A stretch of DNA of 64,000 nucleotides from NCBI GenBank assembly GCA_977017575.1, contig CDRNVI010000199.1, positions 1 to 64,000 on the forward strand, read 5' to 3'. The DNA is from Paramoeba atlantica. Taxonomy: Eukaryota; Protista; Discosea. Below are positions 38,214-50,064 of the stretch, piece by piece; positions within the stretch are counted from its first letter, which is position 1, and every line of letters starts with the position of its first letter. The translations under genes and the position numbers were made by a program. The notes under the pieces were generated by a model that ran no database searches, was not told the origin of the DNA, and was given only the letters and a program-made list of their open reading frames with translations.

Positions 38214-38236
38214 GATTAAGAGTCTAGGGCTCTGCC
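38214..38236 (+). promoter_or_regulatory. 23-nt PBS complementary to tRNA-Lys(CUU) positions 18-40
   Basis: The reverse complement GGCAGAGC-C-CTAGA-CTCTTAA-TC maps onto the D-arm 3' strand, anticodon stem and CUU loop. There is no TGG, so it is not a CCA-end match. Confidence 0.8.
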
Positions 38237-41200
38237 CTGGGTGAAGTTATTAGCAAGGAAGAGGTCTACTCTCCCATCACACCCCTTTCTTGTTTTGTTT
38301 TTGTTTTTTGTTTTATTTGTATCCCTCGATCCACAATATCAAATGGCCTTCCCCGATTACAAACCCGACATTTCCCAGAACATCCAGTTTGGGCAATTTA
38401 AGGAGAAGTTTAATGCAATGGATTTTAAGTCTTGGTTCAATTCACTCAACAGTCACCTTTACATGTTAAGACTCGATCATCATTTGACTATTGATGATGC
38501 TGCTGAAGTACCCACTGCACAAGCTAATGAGGGAGTAATCCCCGAGAAATCATTGATAAGAGTTGAAAATCAGAAAACCAATTGCCTCCAAGTTGTGCAA
38601 CTCATCTGAAACTGCTTACAACCAGACCTGAAGCAGGCGACACAAAATATGAGATTTCTTGGAAAACTGTATACTCTAATCAAGTTCTTAAGAAAAACAT
38701 ATTTGGTGGATGAGGATGAGAAGAAGAAGGTGCTGAGGAAAGAATTTGATGCTTTTCAAAGATTGCAAGGCGAATCATTCAAGCAGATGACCACCCGCAT
38801 ATCATTAATAATATTGATGTGTGAAAACAGTGGTGTTGAAATCTCAAATGAAGAAAAAGTAACCACTCTTCTACACAGAATTGGAAGTCAAATGTGGGCC
38901 CAAACCATTCTGACAATCTGACAAACTGCAGAAGGGAAGAATTGGGATTTCAAATGGATGAAAAAAGACCTAGTTGAGAAAGAAAAAGCGATGAAAGAAA
39001 TAATGAACAAGAGCCACTTGGCTAATGTTGCTCATCAAGCATTTGCCAGCCCAGCACCTGTTTCCTTGTCCTCTTATTCTCCATCTATTCAAGTTCCTGC
39101 ATCTTTTCCTTCTCCAGCACCTCCATTCTCTCCTTCTCCCTCTCCCACTTCTGTTCCCTCTCCTTCCCCTGTCCTGTCCCAATTGCCTATCCAACCCCCT
39201 ACTCAATCCCCAGCCCCACCTAATATTCCTCTACAATACAATCAAAATGCATCTTATCAGCGAAATCAACAATCCTATGCTCCTCAGTATTGTCAAGATC
39301 CGTACTCTGCTCTTCGAACTCGACCTGGTTGGGAAGAACCACCAAAGAGACCATATAAATGTTTTAATTGTGGTCTTGGACACCATACAGCGTGAAAATG
39401 CTTTCTCTCTAAGGCACCAGCTGGTGAAATTGCTTTTTGTGAGTTCCTTGAATTCCAACAACAGTTTGAAGAATGGAAAGTTAAGATGACCAATAAAGGG
39501 TTTCCTGTGTGCTTTTTGTCTGTTTTAAAATCTTTCTCTGCCCCTGAAACAAAAAGACTTCAACTCTTCTCAGATAATGAAGTGATTATTGATTCTGGAT
39601 GCACAACTTCTATTCTGAAATCAAGAAAATACCTTGTGAATGCCTGTAAACCTGATGAAATTCTTGAAATCTCGCAAGCCAATGGTGATTTAATCCAAGT
39701 TGTCCTTCAAGGTGATTTAAATTTAGCAAAAGATATGAAACTTCTCGAGAATATTTCTGTTGTGCCAGATTGTACCCTGAACTTGCTCTCTGTATCTCAA
39801 ATGTGTGAGACTTGGAATGCCTTGATTATTTTCGACAAGGATGGTGTCAAAGTGACAAGAAAGAAAATTCCACTTTCTGAAGCTGAAATGATTTTATCTG
39901 GAAGCCAAAGAAATGGACTTTATCACTTGCCACTCCCTAATATGAACCATGTTTATTGTACTCAAAAAGTAATTGAAGAAGCTGATGCAGATGAATACAT
40001 TGCTCCTGATGAAACTGGACCAAAGAAGAGAGTTTGTAGAACCTTGAATTGTGAACATGAAAAAGAATTGAAGTTATGGCATCAAAGACATGGTCATCTT
40101 TCCAGTTTGTGTAGAACAATTGGTGTGAAAGCCATTCATGGGCTGCCTCCCAACTACAAAGACCTGATTGCTGATCCTGACCAAGTTTGTGATGCCTGTA
40201 TTTTTGTGAAGAACAAGATGAGACCTCATCATAGTGGTTGCTGCACTTTTCAACGCTGTGGTGAGATGTTACACATTGATTTGCATGAGAAGTCTACTCT
40301 CTCTTACCATAACAACAAATACTCAATCTCGATTATTGAAGACTACTCTGGCTGTGATTTATCTCAATTTATTAAAAGAAAATCTGATGCTGGCAATAAG
40401 ATAATTGATGTAATTCGAAAATTGGAGAGACAAGCTGGTGTGAAAGTGAAGATTTTACAATGTGATGGAGCCTCTGAATTTATTGGGCAAGAAACCTCTC
40501 TTGGTATATACTGTCGCAAGAAAGGAATAGAAATCCACCATTCCAGCCCTTGCTGCCCTCAAGAAAATGGTGTTGCTGAAAGAGGAAATTATACCCAATG
40601 GAGTACTGCCCAAGCGATTTGTCTGGCTGTTGGATTACCTGCTAATTTTTGGGAATTTGCTGAAAGAATGGCTGCAAAATTAATCTCTATGACTGTGAAA
40701 GAAGGTGAGAAGATTATTCCTCTTGAAAAATTGTATGAGAGAAAACCCTCAATGGATTTAATTAGAACCTTTGGCTGCCACGCTTTCACTCATATTTCTT
40801 GAGAAATGCGCTCCAAAACTGACCCTGTTTCAAGAGCTGGAATTAATTTGAGACCTGCCAACAATATGCATGGATTTTTGCTATTTGACCCAATCCAACA
40901 GAAAACTTTCCAAAGCTTGAGCGTTTTATTTGATGAATATGCTTTTGGAATCCCTGAATTGAAGAAGAGAAATGCCCTGGGAAGATTGCCAAGATATTAT
41001 GTGGAAGGTGAAAACAAAACAAATTTAGACAATAGTGATGATGTCACAAGTTGCAAAGTGAATGATTTTGATTTTTATGATGATGAAGAAAATTTTATTG
41101 AACCCCCTGAATCTGTTCCAAACTCTTGGGAAGAACTCGCTGTATCTGATGATGAATTTGTGGAAACTAATAGTCCAAATGGAGAGCAAATTGAAGCTGG

Positions 41201-42130
41201 CTCACAGGATATCTTGCCAATATCTGAATCTCCAAGAAGACATTCCAATGTGCATTTATCTGATGATACTGAAAATGAAGAACCTATTCCTGAGGATGAA
41301 GAAATTCTAAAGTTAATGAATATCAACCTTGAACCAATTGAAAAGGAAAAAGAAGAATTAATTGAATCCTCCAATGTTGAAAAAGCTGATGATATAGTTA
41401 TCAATTTTTCTCCATATAGAACCGACCCAAACTCTCTGAGCACCCCTTTGAAGACTCAAAGAGCGCCTCTACGAGTGAACAAACGCCTTGATCCTCTGTC
41501 CCAATCAAGTGCTCGCTCTAGCACTGCTTGTAGAACCCTTTTTAATGACCCTGAACCTGAATCTGAACCTGATATTGAATCTGATTCAAAAGATAACTCA
41601 AATTCTAATTCTGAGAATGAACATGAATCTGTAAAAGAAGAACCACAACCCTGTTGATCTGGCAGAATTGCTGCTCCACCTGCACATCACCCTTTGATGG
41701 ATCCAAATCTCGCTCTTGACCATCTACATGGACACAATTTCCTCTCTCATCTTCACCATGCAATGTTTGCTGACACTATTATCTTGAACAAGAAAACACC
41801 TTGCTCGTTCTACCAAGCACAAAGAAGTGAACAAAGAAATGAATGGATTGAAGCCTGTCACCATGAAATTGCTGCTCACCATGAAAATAAGACTTGGACG
41901 CTTGTTCCCTGCCCAAAACCAAACCAAGATGGAAAGAAACACATAATTATGAGAGGTATTTGGCACTTTCGAATTAAAACTGAGGATGGAAAAATCAAAA
42001 GTTACAAGGATAAAAAAAAAAAAAAATCAGGTTGGTTCAAGGAGACTTTCCTTGCCCAATCTGATTTTCTTTCCTTCACCTGCCGTGTTGGTGAAACCCC
42101 ACCTAGTTGAGCACTTCAGAGAAATCTGTT

Positions 42131-44164
42131 ATGTCCAGTGGAAAGAGTACGTCCTCTTCCCCTAAGGGCTCCCAGAATGGGTCCCACCCCCCCTTGTATT
42201 TGAAGAACAAACAAAAAAATGCAAACCCAAGTGGGAATTCTGAAGAAATTCCAATCAAATTGACCTTGAAGAGAGCGCCTGAGGAAGGATGGTGGTCGCA
42301 AGTTGAGAAAGAAATACCAAAGACCTTGTCCCATATTGGAACTGAGGTTAACCCTGTGAAGAACAATGCAATAATCCGCCCCATCTTTGTAATGGGTTCC
42401 TTTTGTTTCTATGAAGGAATGCCAAACTACCAGAGAGTGATGGCCACACTCAACAAAGTCCCTAAGCTGAGAGGGAACTTCCTCTTGTGTGTTATGAAAG
42501 GCCACCTCAACGTGGCCACCTTCAACAAAGAAATGTGTGAACCCCTGGAGAAAGTCATTCTGGAAAATGGTTCCTTCCTTGCAACTGGTTTTGGGAAGCC
42601 CTTTGTCTGGAAGAACAACCAAAATTGGAATTTATAGGGCTTTAAACTCCGTGTCCCTTTTTTAATCAAAGGGGAAGAGTGGATCCAAAGATTGTTTATT
42701 GGTGAATCTGCTCTTCCTCACCATGGATTAAGAGAGGTGGCTCAGATCAGTGATGATTGTATTGTCATCTTCTATGATGTAATCCCTCTCATTCTGACAT
42801 GTATTATTGCCAAGCACAGAGGTTCTTTTATTATTAACAATGAGTTCCAAGGTAAGATCTCTCTGTGGACCCCTATGAGTCCCTTTCATGAGAAAGTAAA
42901 TTGTCAAGTGTGTGAGATTTCACACTCAAGGCATTTAAAATGTGTGAAGGAGATTGTGGACAAGGAGGGAGAGGGAGGAATCATCAAAAAATTAAATAAT
43001 GAGACAGACTCTCAGAGGAAATCCCCTTCCCTTCCTGTGACAATCACGAAATTGAGGGAACAGTCACATAAAAGATTTATTATTCCTACAGAGTCCTCAA
43101 CTAATCAAGGGAACCAAGGTATGAATCTCTCTCTATCCCAATTTCCCATATTACCAAATCCCAATCAGAGGGCACCACTCCCAATGAAGTCTGCTGACCC
43201 TCATCCCTCATCTACAACCCTGATGGAGGTTGATCAAAGCACAAATGTGAGGGAAACCGCTCTTCGAGAAGGTTCCTCCAGGGAAAAATCAGCTTCTTCA
43301 AGAAGTAACCAACCCAAATCTTTGTTCAAGACTACTAAACCTCATAAGGAATCGCTCTCCCAAACTCTGGCCACATCATCTCACTTGGGCAGTATGTCAG
43401 AAACTCCAACAATCCCTCAAAGAGATATGATGGATTTCCTTGAAGACATTGTTGCTGAAAATGATGCTGAGAGGGGGGTTATTTTAATTGAAGATGAGGA
43501 CGAGATTTCCCCAGATGTGAGCAGACCTTGATTCTCATCTGATCCAATTTCTGGGAGCAAATGGTTGATGACTATCCACAACACTGAAGGGGCTTGGAAA
43601 ATATTAGATGGGGCGAATTTCCAGTGTGAGTGGGAGAGGACTGAAGATAGCCTTGGGAAGTTGAAGAGAGAGTTGGAAAAAGGACAGCTTAAATAGGAAT
43701 TGAGTTTTGATGCAGACTTCCTTGGCCACATTATTGATAGGGTGGTTGAGGAACTGAAACTAAAGCCGAAATCCAGACTGAGGAAGAGGGTGGTGTTGGA
43801 AGAGACAGTTGAGGAGAAAGAACCAACTCCTACTGGGACCAAACCATTACCTGTAACCAAGAAGCCAGTGAAGAAGAAGAAAAAGAAAAGTAGAAAAGAG
43901 GAGAAAGGGAAAGAGGAGATAGAAGAAGAGAAAGATGAAGAGGAAAAAACAAAGGAAAATGACTGTGATAAGAGTGTTCCCACTGGTGTCCCCAGAAAGG
44001 AAAAAGTGATTTATCCTTTTTCAGAGATCCCCACCTCAAACGGTTTTGTGGTTCTTGGAGATTTGCATCAAATAGAATGGGGTGAGACAGTGTTGATGAT
44101 GGATAGTCCTCGATTCCCTGAGTCAAGCAATGTTTCATCCTCCTCTTCTTCCCCCCCCTCATAA
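42131..44164 (+). pseudogene. LINE A ORF1, about 677 aa, in-frame stops only
   Basis: Track ORFs 42107, 42692 and 43700 share one frame. Contains CQVCEISHSRHLKC and Lys/Glu-rich tracts; ends 8 nt before the ORF2 ATG. Confidence 0.85.
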
Positions 44165-44172
44165 AGGAAAGA

Positions 44173-47100
44173 ATGAAAGGAAAGAAAAACAACAACAATT
44201 TAAAATCTTTCTTTCCACCACTGAAGGACCCTTGTGCTTCCTCTGACTCTTCTGTTATTGATCTTCATCAAAAAACAAACCTTGCCTCCCCAACCCCTCA
44301 AGCACCTGCCTTGGTGTCCCAACCCCCTTCATCTTCTTTCCTTCCTCCCTTCCCTGCACCTCTGCTTCCAAACCTGTATCAGTATAACAAATTCCCAAAC
44401 ATGAAGATTTTATCATGGAACATCAATGGTGTTCACAATGATGAAAAACTCAACCTTTGCTGTAGAATGGCTGCAAGTTGCCATCCTCTGTTTATTTTGC
44501 TTCAAGAAACCCATGCTGCATCTGAAAAAGATCTCAATCATCTCAAGAATTGTTTGAGGAAATATTTGTGGTTCAAAGACCCCTTCTCAGAACAGAAGTG
44601 GGGTCTTGCCATTGGAGTCAGAAGAATGGAAGGCCTTCATAATATAGAACCATACCCAATTGAAAGCTCTGAGAGTGGTTTGTTTGGACTGAGAACCAAG
44701 ATTTTCAATACTAAATATGCTGTGATGAATGTCTACCATCATTGTGATCTGAAACTTCCCTTTATGCAAGATCAAATCAGAAAATTCTTCTCCAAAGATG
44801 GACTGAACGTTCTGGGAGGTGACTTCAACTGGGATCTTAATGAACCCCCTTTTAAAGAGCTTGCAGAATCCTCTGAATCTTGGAATCTATCAAGACTGGG
44901 GTGGTCTGAACCAACTCATTTCCAAGGACAATGTATCGATCATGTCTTTATTCCCTTGAATGCTCCTAGCAAAAGGGTTTTTGTTAATGTGATCCCTTCA
45001 GGCTTTAAGGACCATGCAATGATCATAGGTGGAACTAGTATCAAAGAATGGGAGTTGAAATCTAACAAGAAGAGGATCCCTGAATACCTCATTAAAGATC
45101 CTAAATTTATTAATGCCCTCATTAATGAAGTTGGGGACTATGTGGAAGGTGATCCTGTCAGTTGTCTTTTTAAACTCAAGGAGAAGGCATGGGAATTAGT
45201 CCCTCTGTGGAAAGACAAAGGGAAAGAAGCTCACCTTTTCAAAGAACTATGGAAACTCCAGACAATCATCAAACACCTTGCAAAAACCAGGATTTTAAGG
45301 AAAACTTCAGCCATACACTCTTTCTCTTCATTGGAACTCGAACTTCTTCATACAGCTGTGATAGGATGGAATGGCTCTCGAGATGACAAGAAATGGAGAA
45401 TCAAAGCTATTCCTAGAATGATCAAAGCTGGGATGGATTGAACTGCAGTTCTTGAACAACAACTCGGAATTTTTGTGGATGAACACCCCTCGCACCCTGG
45501 TTGTAAATCCTCTCCCCATGTTAAAGGTGTAATCGTAGATGGAGTGATCTCTTGTGATGATAATGTGGTAAAAAAAGCAATTAAGGACTTTTGGGAGAGC
45601 CTCCTCAGTACAGAAAGACCATATAACAAGGATTCTCTTGACGAACTGATTGCTGACCATCATCCTCGCTTTCCCCCAGTTGAGAGACATGATGTTGACA
45701 GGAAGAAAGTTGATAAACTTCTTCAGAGAACCAATAACACCAGCGCAGGACCCAATGGTATCCCTTTCTCTTTATATAAGGCAACACAAGAAAAGTATTT
45801 TGACATGTGGGTGGAATTAATCCAACAAGTGGGTGAGATAATGGGTTTCCCCCCCTCTTTTGGTGAGAGCCAACTCTGTTTGATTCCCAAAGTCGAGAAT
45901 ATCCCCCGTCCTGACCAATTTCGACCAATCAGTGTTACCAATTCAGATTATCGAATTGTGATGAGATATTAGGCAAAATGGCTGATGGAGATTGCAAGTG
46001 GAGTAATTTCTAAAGAACAGCATGCAATGTTTAAGGGGAGGTCAATTGACGAAGCAGTGGAAACAGTGTATGACTCTTTTTATGAAGCTCTGGCAGAAGG
46101 GAAAGACATGACCCTCCTCCAAACAGACTTTTGCAAGGCATATGATTATGTGAATCATGATGCACTTCTTCATATTCTCAAAGGTTTGAACGCCCCCCCT
46201 CAAGCAATTTATGTTGTTGAGAAGGTGCTTTGAGAATCTGTAACCTGGCTGCTGAATATTGGTGGATCCAAGAGGGGAGGCAACAATGAATCAATCCAAA
46301 GTTGAACTGGTGTCAGACAAGGATGCCCGATCTCCCCCCTTCTGTTTGTAATTGTGTTTGACATCCTCCTGGTGAGCTTGAAGAAGGAATACAACCCCCA
46401 AAACCTATCAGGCTTTATGGATGACTTGGGGATGGTGATTCAGAAAGCTGAAACCATCAATTCTCTCACTCCAACCTTCAAGAAATATGAAGAAGCGACT
46501 GGAGCTAAACTGAATTTTAATAAGTGCTTTGTCCTCTCAACTGAGTCTTTCAAACCTGTAGGCCCCTGGGCTGAGATGGCAAGATCCAATTACTGTGGTG
46601 ATGAAACTGTATATCTGGGAGTGAGGTTGAGTAAACGGTTATCTCCTCTTAAGGATTGGGAGAAAGTGATCCTAAAGATGAAGAAAGTTGGAGCAGCAAT
46701 CAAAAAAAGAGGTGGCAATTTTCACTCGAGAGTAAGGATGGTCAATACCTATCTAACTCCATGCATGGGATATTTAGCGAGATTCAAACTGATTCCAAAA
46801 TCTGTTGCCTCCTTGATGTGGAAATCCATCCGCTCAGCTCTGGGTGCTTATGCCAACACAAAAACCTCCATTTTTACCTCATGCTATCCTCCCTTGGACT
46901 CGAAACCCCAACTGTGCCATCCAATTGTTTTTAATTGGGCTCTCCTCACTTCTTGTCCACCGATGAGGAGTGATTATCAGAGCCCTCTTTCCATTGGAGC
47001 CATGCGAAAGGATGCCCTTTTTGCAGCCCAAAGCCTCTCTGCCAAAGTTGTGTTTGGTCAGGCCACTCGAGTTGCTTATTCCAATATGTCTTGAGTGATC

Positions 47101-48444
47101 CCCATTGAAATCAAGGATCTGTATGTGGGTGAAGGAAGAGCTGAGTGTGTTGTGTACAACTTGGCACATGCAATTAGGCCCCAACTTAAGAGGAATTTGT
47201 TTAAGTTCCTAATAAGAGGGCTGCCTACAAGAGACAAGTTGGCTCACTTCACAAACCAAAACTCAAGTTGCCGACTCTGCCACCATGAAAAGGAGTCATG
47301 ATCTCATCTTCTGGAGGAATGTTCTGTGGCTGAGGGCCTCCTCCAAGCAATGGAAAGGAAATGTATTTTGTTGAATGTACCCAGCTGGCAAGAAACTAAG
47401 AATGTGTGTGGCCTTATCTCAAATTTTCTCACCAGACAAGAAACCTCTGTGGTGAGTGTTGCCCTATTGAGTTTGTGGCTCACAGTGTGTGCAGAAGGAT
47501 CGAAATCACTCCAGTATGCTACTGAAATTTTCGAAAAAATCTTGAGAAAGAACAAAATCCTCCCTCAGCCCCCAAGAACCCAAACAAAGAAAGGAATTAA
47601 AGAGAAGGAAAGTTTTAAATTTAAAGGTTTTCAAGTGTTTTATGACGGTTCAGGCTGTACAGACCCTCATCTGGGGGGTGCAGGTTTTGCAGTTTTCAGG
47701 GAAGGGAAAGAGATATGTGGTGGGTTTGAAACCATCCCTCTTGGGTCCAACAATATTGGTGAATTTACAGGCTGTTTGAAAGGAATGCAATGCGCCAGAT
47801 CAATGATGAATGAGATTGAAGTTGTTGGGGATTGTATGATTCTCACCAAGGCTGCACCCAAAACCCATGCCATCAAAAACTATGCCTTGAATGAACTACT
47901 TTGTGAAATCCGTAAGTTAGCAATGTGCTTTGACAAGATAGAATTCATCCATGTACCCCGAGAACTTAACAAGTGAGCTGATGCAATTGCAACTGCTGCA
48001 AGTTGGTCTAAAGAGAATGGAACATGTGCTGTGAATGACCATCATTGGGATCCAAGATCACAACATGTTGCAGAAACCAGTGAAGAGTGGATTATTCTGA
48101 ATTCAACCCTGTGGAACTGGATCAATTCCCCCCTCACCCGTGACTGGACTTTCCCCATCCCCCCAGGGAATTTTGTAAGGAAATTCCAAGGAAATACAGT
48201 GACAACCCCCCATGTTTTGTTTCCAGCCCAAACTGCTCTTGAGAATGCTCTAATCCTCCCTGTAATAATTACTAAAGATATCCAAGGATGGTTCCATCAG
48301 TTCCAAGAGAGCAATCTGGTGAGGAGCTTTATTGAGGAAGATTTTTGAAGGAATGTAATTAACTTCATAGAAACCTCCAAACCGAATTCACTCCCTGGTT
48401 TTAGAAGGTGGACAATCAAACGCAGACCCCTTAGTGAGAACTAA
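44173..48444 (+). pseudogene. LINE A ORF2, about 1423 aa: APE endonuclease, RT, zinc finger, RNase H, C-terminal extension
   Basis: One frame throughout. ILSWNING, LQETH, GGDFN, IDHVF, GFKDH; RPISV, TDFCKAYD, GVRQGCPISP, FMDD, YLGV; CRLC...HLLEEC; FYDGSG, SNNIGEF, VVGDC, HVPRELNK*ADAIA. Confidence 0.95.
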
Positions 48445-50064
48445 AGTTGGTAAAGAAACTCCAATGCATCCCATGCTAAAGAGATCTTTGGATCTAACTC
48501 TTAATTTATCTTCCCTCCCCCCCCCCTTTCTTCCCCCCTCTTTTCCATCCTAGAGATGGTTTTTTAACTCTAATAAATGGCACCTGGTGTCTGAACCTTA
48601 AAAAAAAAAAAGTTACAAGGCTCATTATTGTGCTGATGGAAGTGGTGTGACAAAGAAATTGAATTCTGACCCTGAACTTGGCTTTGAAGACAATTACTCT
48701 GGATCTGCAACATCCACCTCTCTTAATCTAACCTATGTGGTTGCTGCAATGTATAGCCTTGAAGTTGACTCTGGTGATGTCCCTGGTGCCTATCTTCAAT
48801 CAGAAATGCCAAAAGGAAATATTGTTTATTATGTGGAGCAACCAGAAGGATTTAAAGACCCTACTCATTCTGACTGGGTTTGCATGTTGAACAAAGCCTT
48901 GTATGGAGTGCCAATTGCTGGACAAAGATGGAATTTGACCTTTTGAAAATTCCTTGTGGAAGAATTAGGATTCAAATGCAGTAAACCAGACCCCAATCTC
49001 TACATTCGACATGATGATGATGGTAATTTCTGCCTATTTCCGACTGTTGTTGATGATACCCTCAATGTATGCTCCTCTGATGCATTAAGAGAAGAAATCC
49101 ACACAAAATTGTATGATCGTTTCAAGTGGAAAAATGATGGTAAATGCTCTTGGTTCCTTGGATGCGCTGTGAAACAAAATGCTAATGAGATAACTGTTGA
49201 TCAATGTGCCTACCTCAAAACTGTGCTGAAATCCTTTGAGAAATATGATGTCAAGCTCTCCAATGTGCCTGCAAATACCAAGCTCCTATCTGCCCCGACT
49301 GAAGATGAACCAATTACTGATTTTCCTTACTCAAGCCTTGTTGGATCTTTAAATTGGCTGATGAAAACTAGACCTGAAATATCCTTTGCTGTCTCACAAT
49401 GCTCTCACTACCTTCACAACCATGCCCAGTGTCATGATGAAGCTGCTTTGAAAGTTCTTGGATATTTGAAGAAAAATCCAAATCATGGTCTGTGTTTCCC
49501 TAAATCTCATTTCAACAAAGAAAAATTATTTGTAGATGCCTGTGCTGACTTGAGCAATGCTGATTGCCTTGATGATCGAAAATCCTCCTATGGATACACT
49601 CTGAGAGCCAATGGAAGACCCCTCTCTTGGTGCTCCAAGAAATCCCCACAAGTTTGCTTATCAAGTTGCAAAGCTGAATACCATGCTATAAGTGAATGTG
49701 CCCAGGAAATCAAATTTGCAAGAAACCTATTGAAAGACCTTGAATTACCATCCAATGATGTTATCCCTATGCGAGTTGATTCCAAACCTGCAACTGCCAT
49801 TGCTGAAATTCCTAGAGTAACCCAAGGCAACAAACATTTTGATGTTTGTGACCATTTCATTCGTGATGCCATTGATGATAAAGTCCTTAAAATTGATCGA
49901 ACCCCATCTGCTGAGAATATTGCTGATATATTCACAAAACCTTTGCCTCCAGCAAAATTTATCCCCTTCAGAGAAAGCTTTGTGGCCCCAATTCCCACTT
50001 CTGCTCCTTGATCTGTCTTGTTCCTTGCTTTTGCATTTTGTTCTCATTTGAACAGTGCTGCTTG

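Larger units (their letters stand above)
42010..48607 (+). mobile_element. LINE family A copy A4, full length, nested in the copia RT
   Basis: 13-bp TSD AAAAGTTACAAGG at 41997-42009 and 48608-48620. AATAAA followed by a poly(A) tail. Confidence 0.95.
38343..50011 (+). pseudogene. Copia single gag-pol ORF (38343-42009 plus 48621-50011)
   Basis: CFNCGLGHHTA*KC knuckle; IIDSG protease; LWHQRHGH and CDAC; IN HIDL, QCDG, ENGVAER; RT GDVPGAYL, KALYG, VVDD; RH KHFD, NIADIFTKPL. Six internal stops, all TGA, and no frameshift. Confidence 0.95.

Noticed and set aside
37603-38227. Lys/Glu/Arg- and Phe/Ser/Leu-rich ORFs here and at 50291-51194
   Set aside because: They are translations of the CT-rich copia LTRs.
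45439-45441. TGA shared by LINE copies A2, A3 and A4 between endonuclease and RT, suggesting programmed readthrough or a split ORF2
   Set aside because: The context GAT-TGA fits a decayed CGA. Other Arg codons are TGA in most but not all copies, so parallel CpG decay suffices. A copy with CGA would settle it.
38343-50011. Alternative genetic code with TGA as sense
   Set aside because: Paralogous LINE copies show CGA at the same positions, and the host gene models contain no in-frame TGA.
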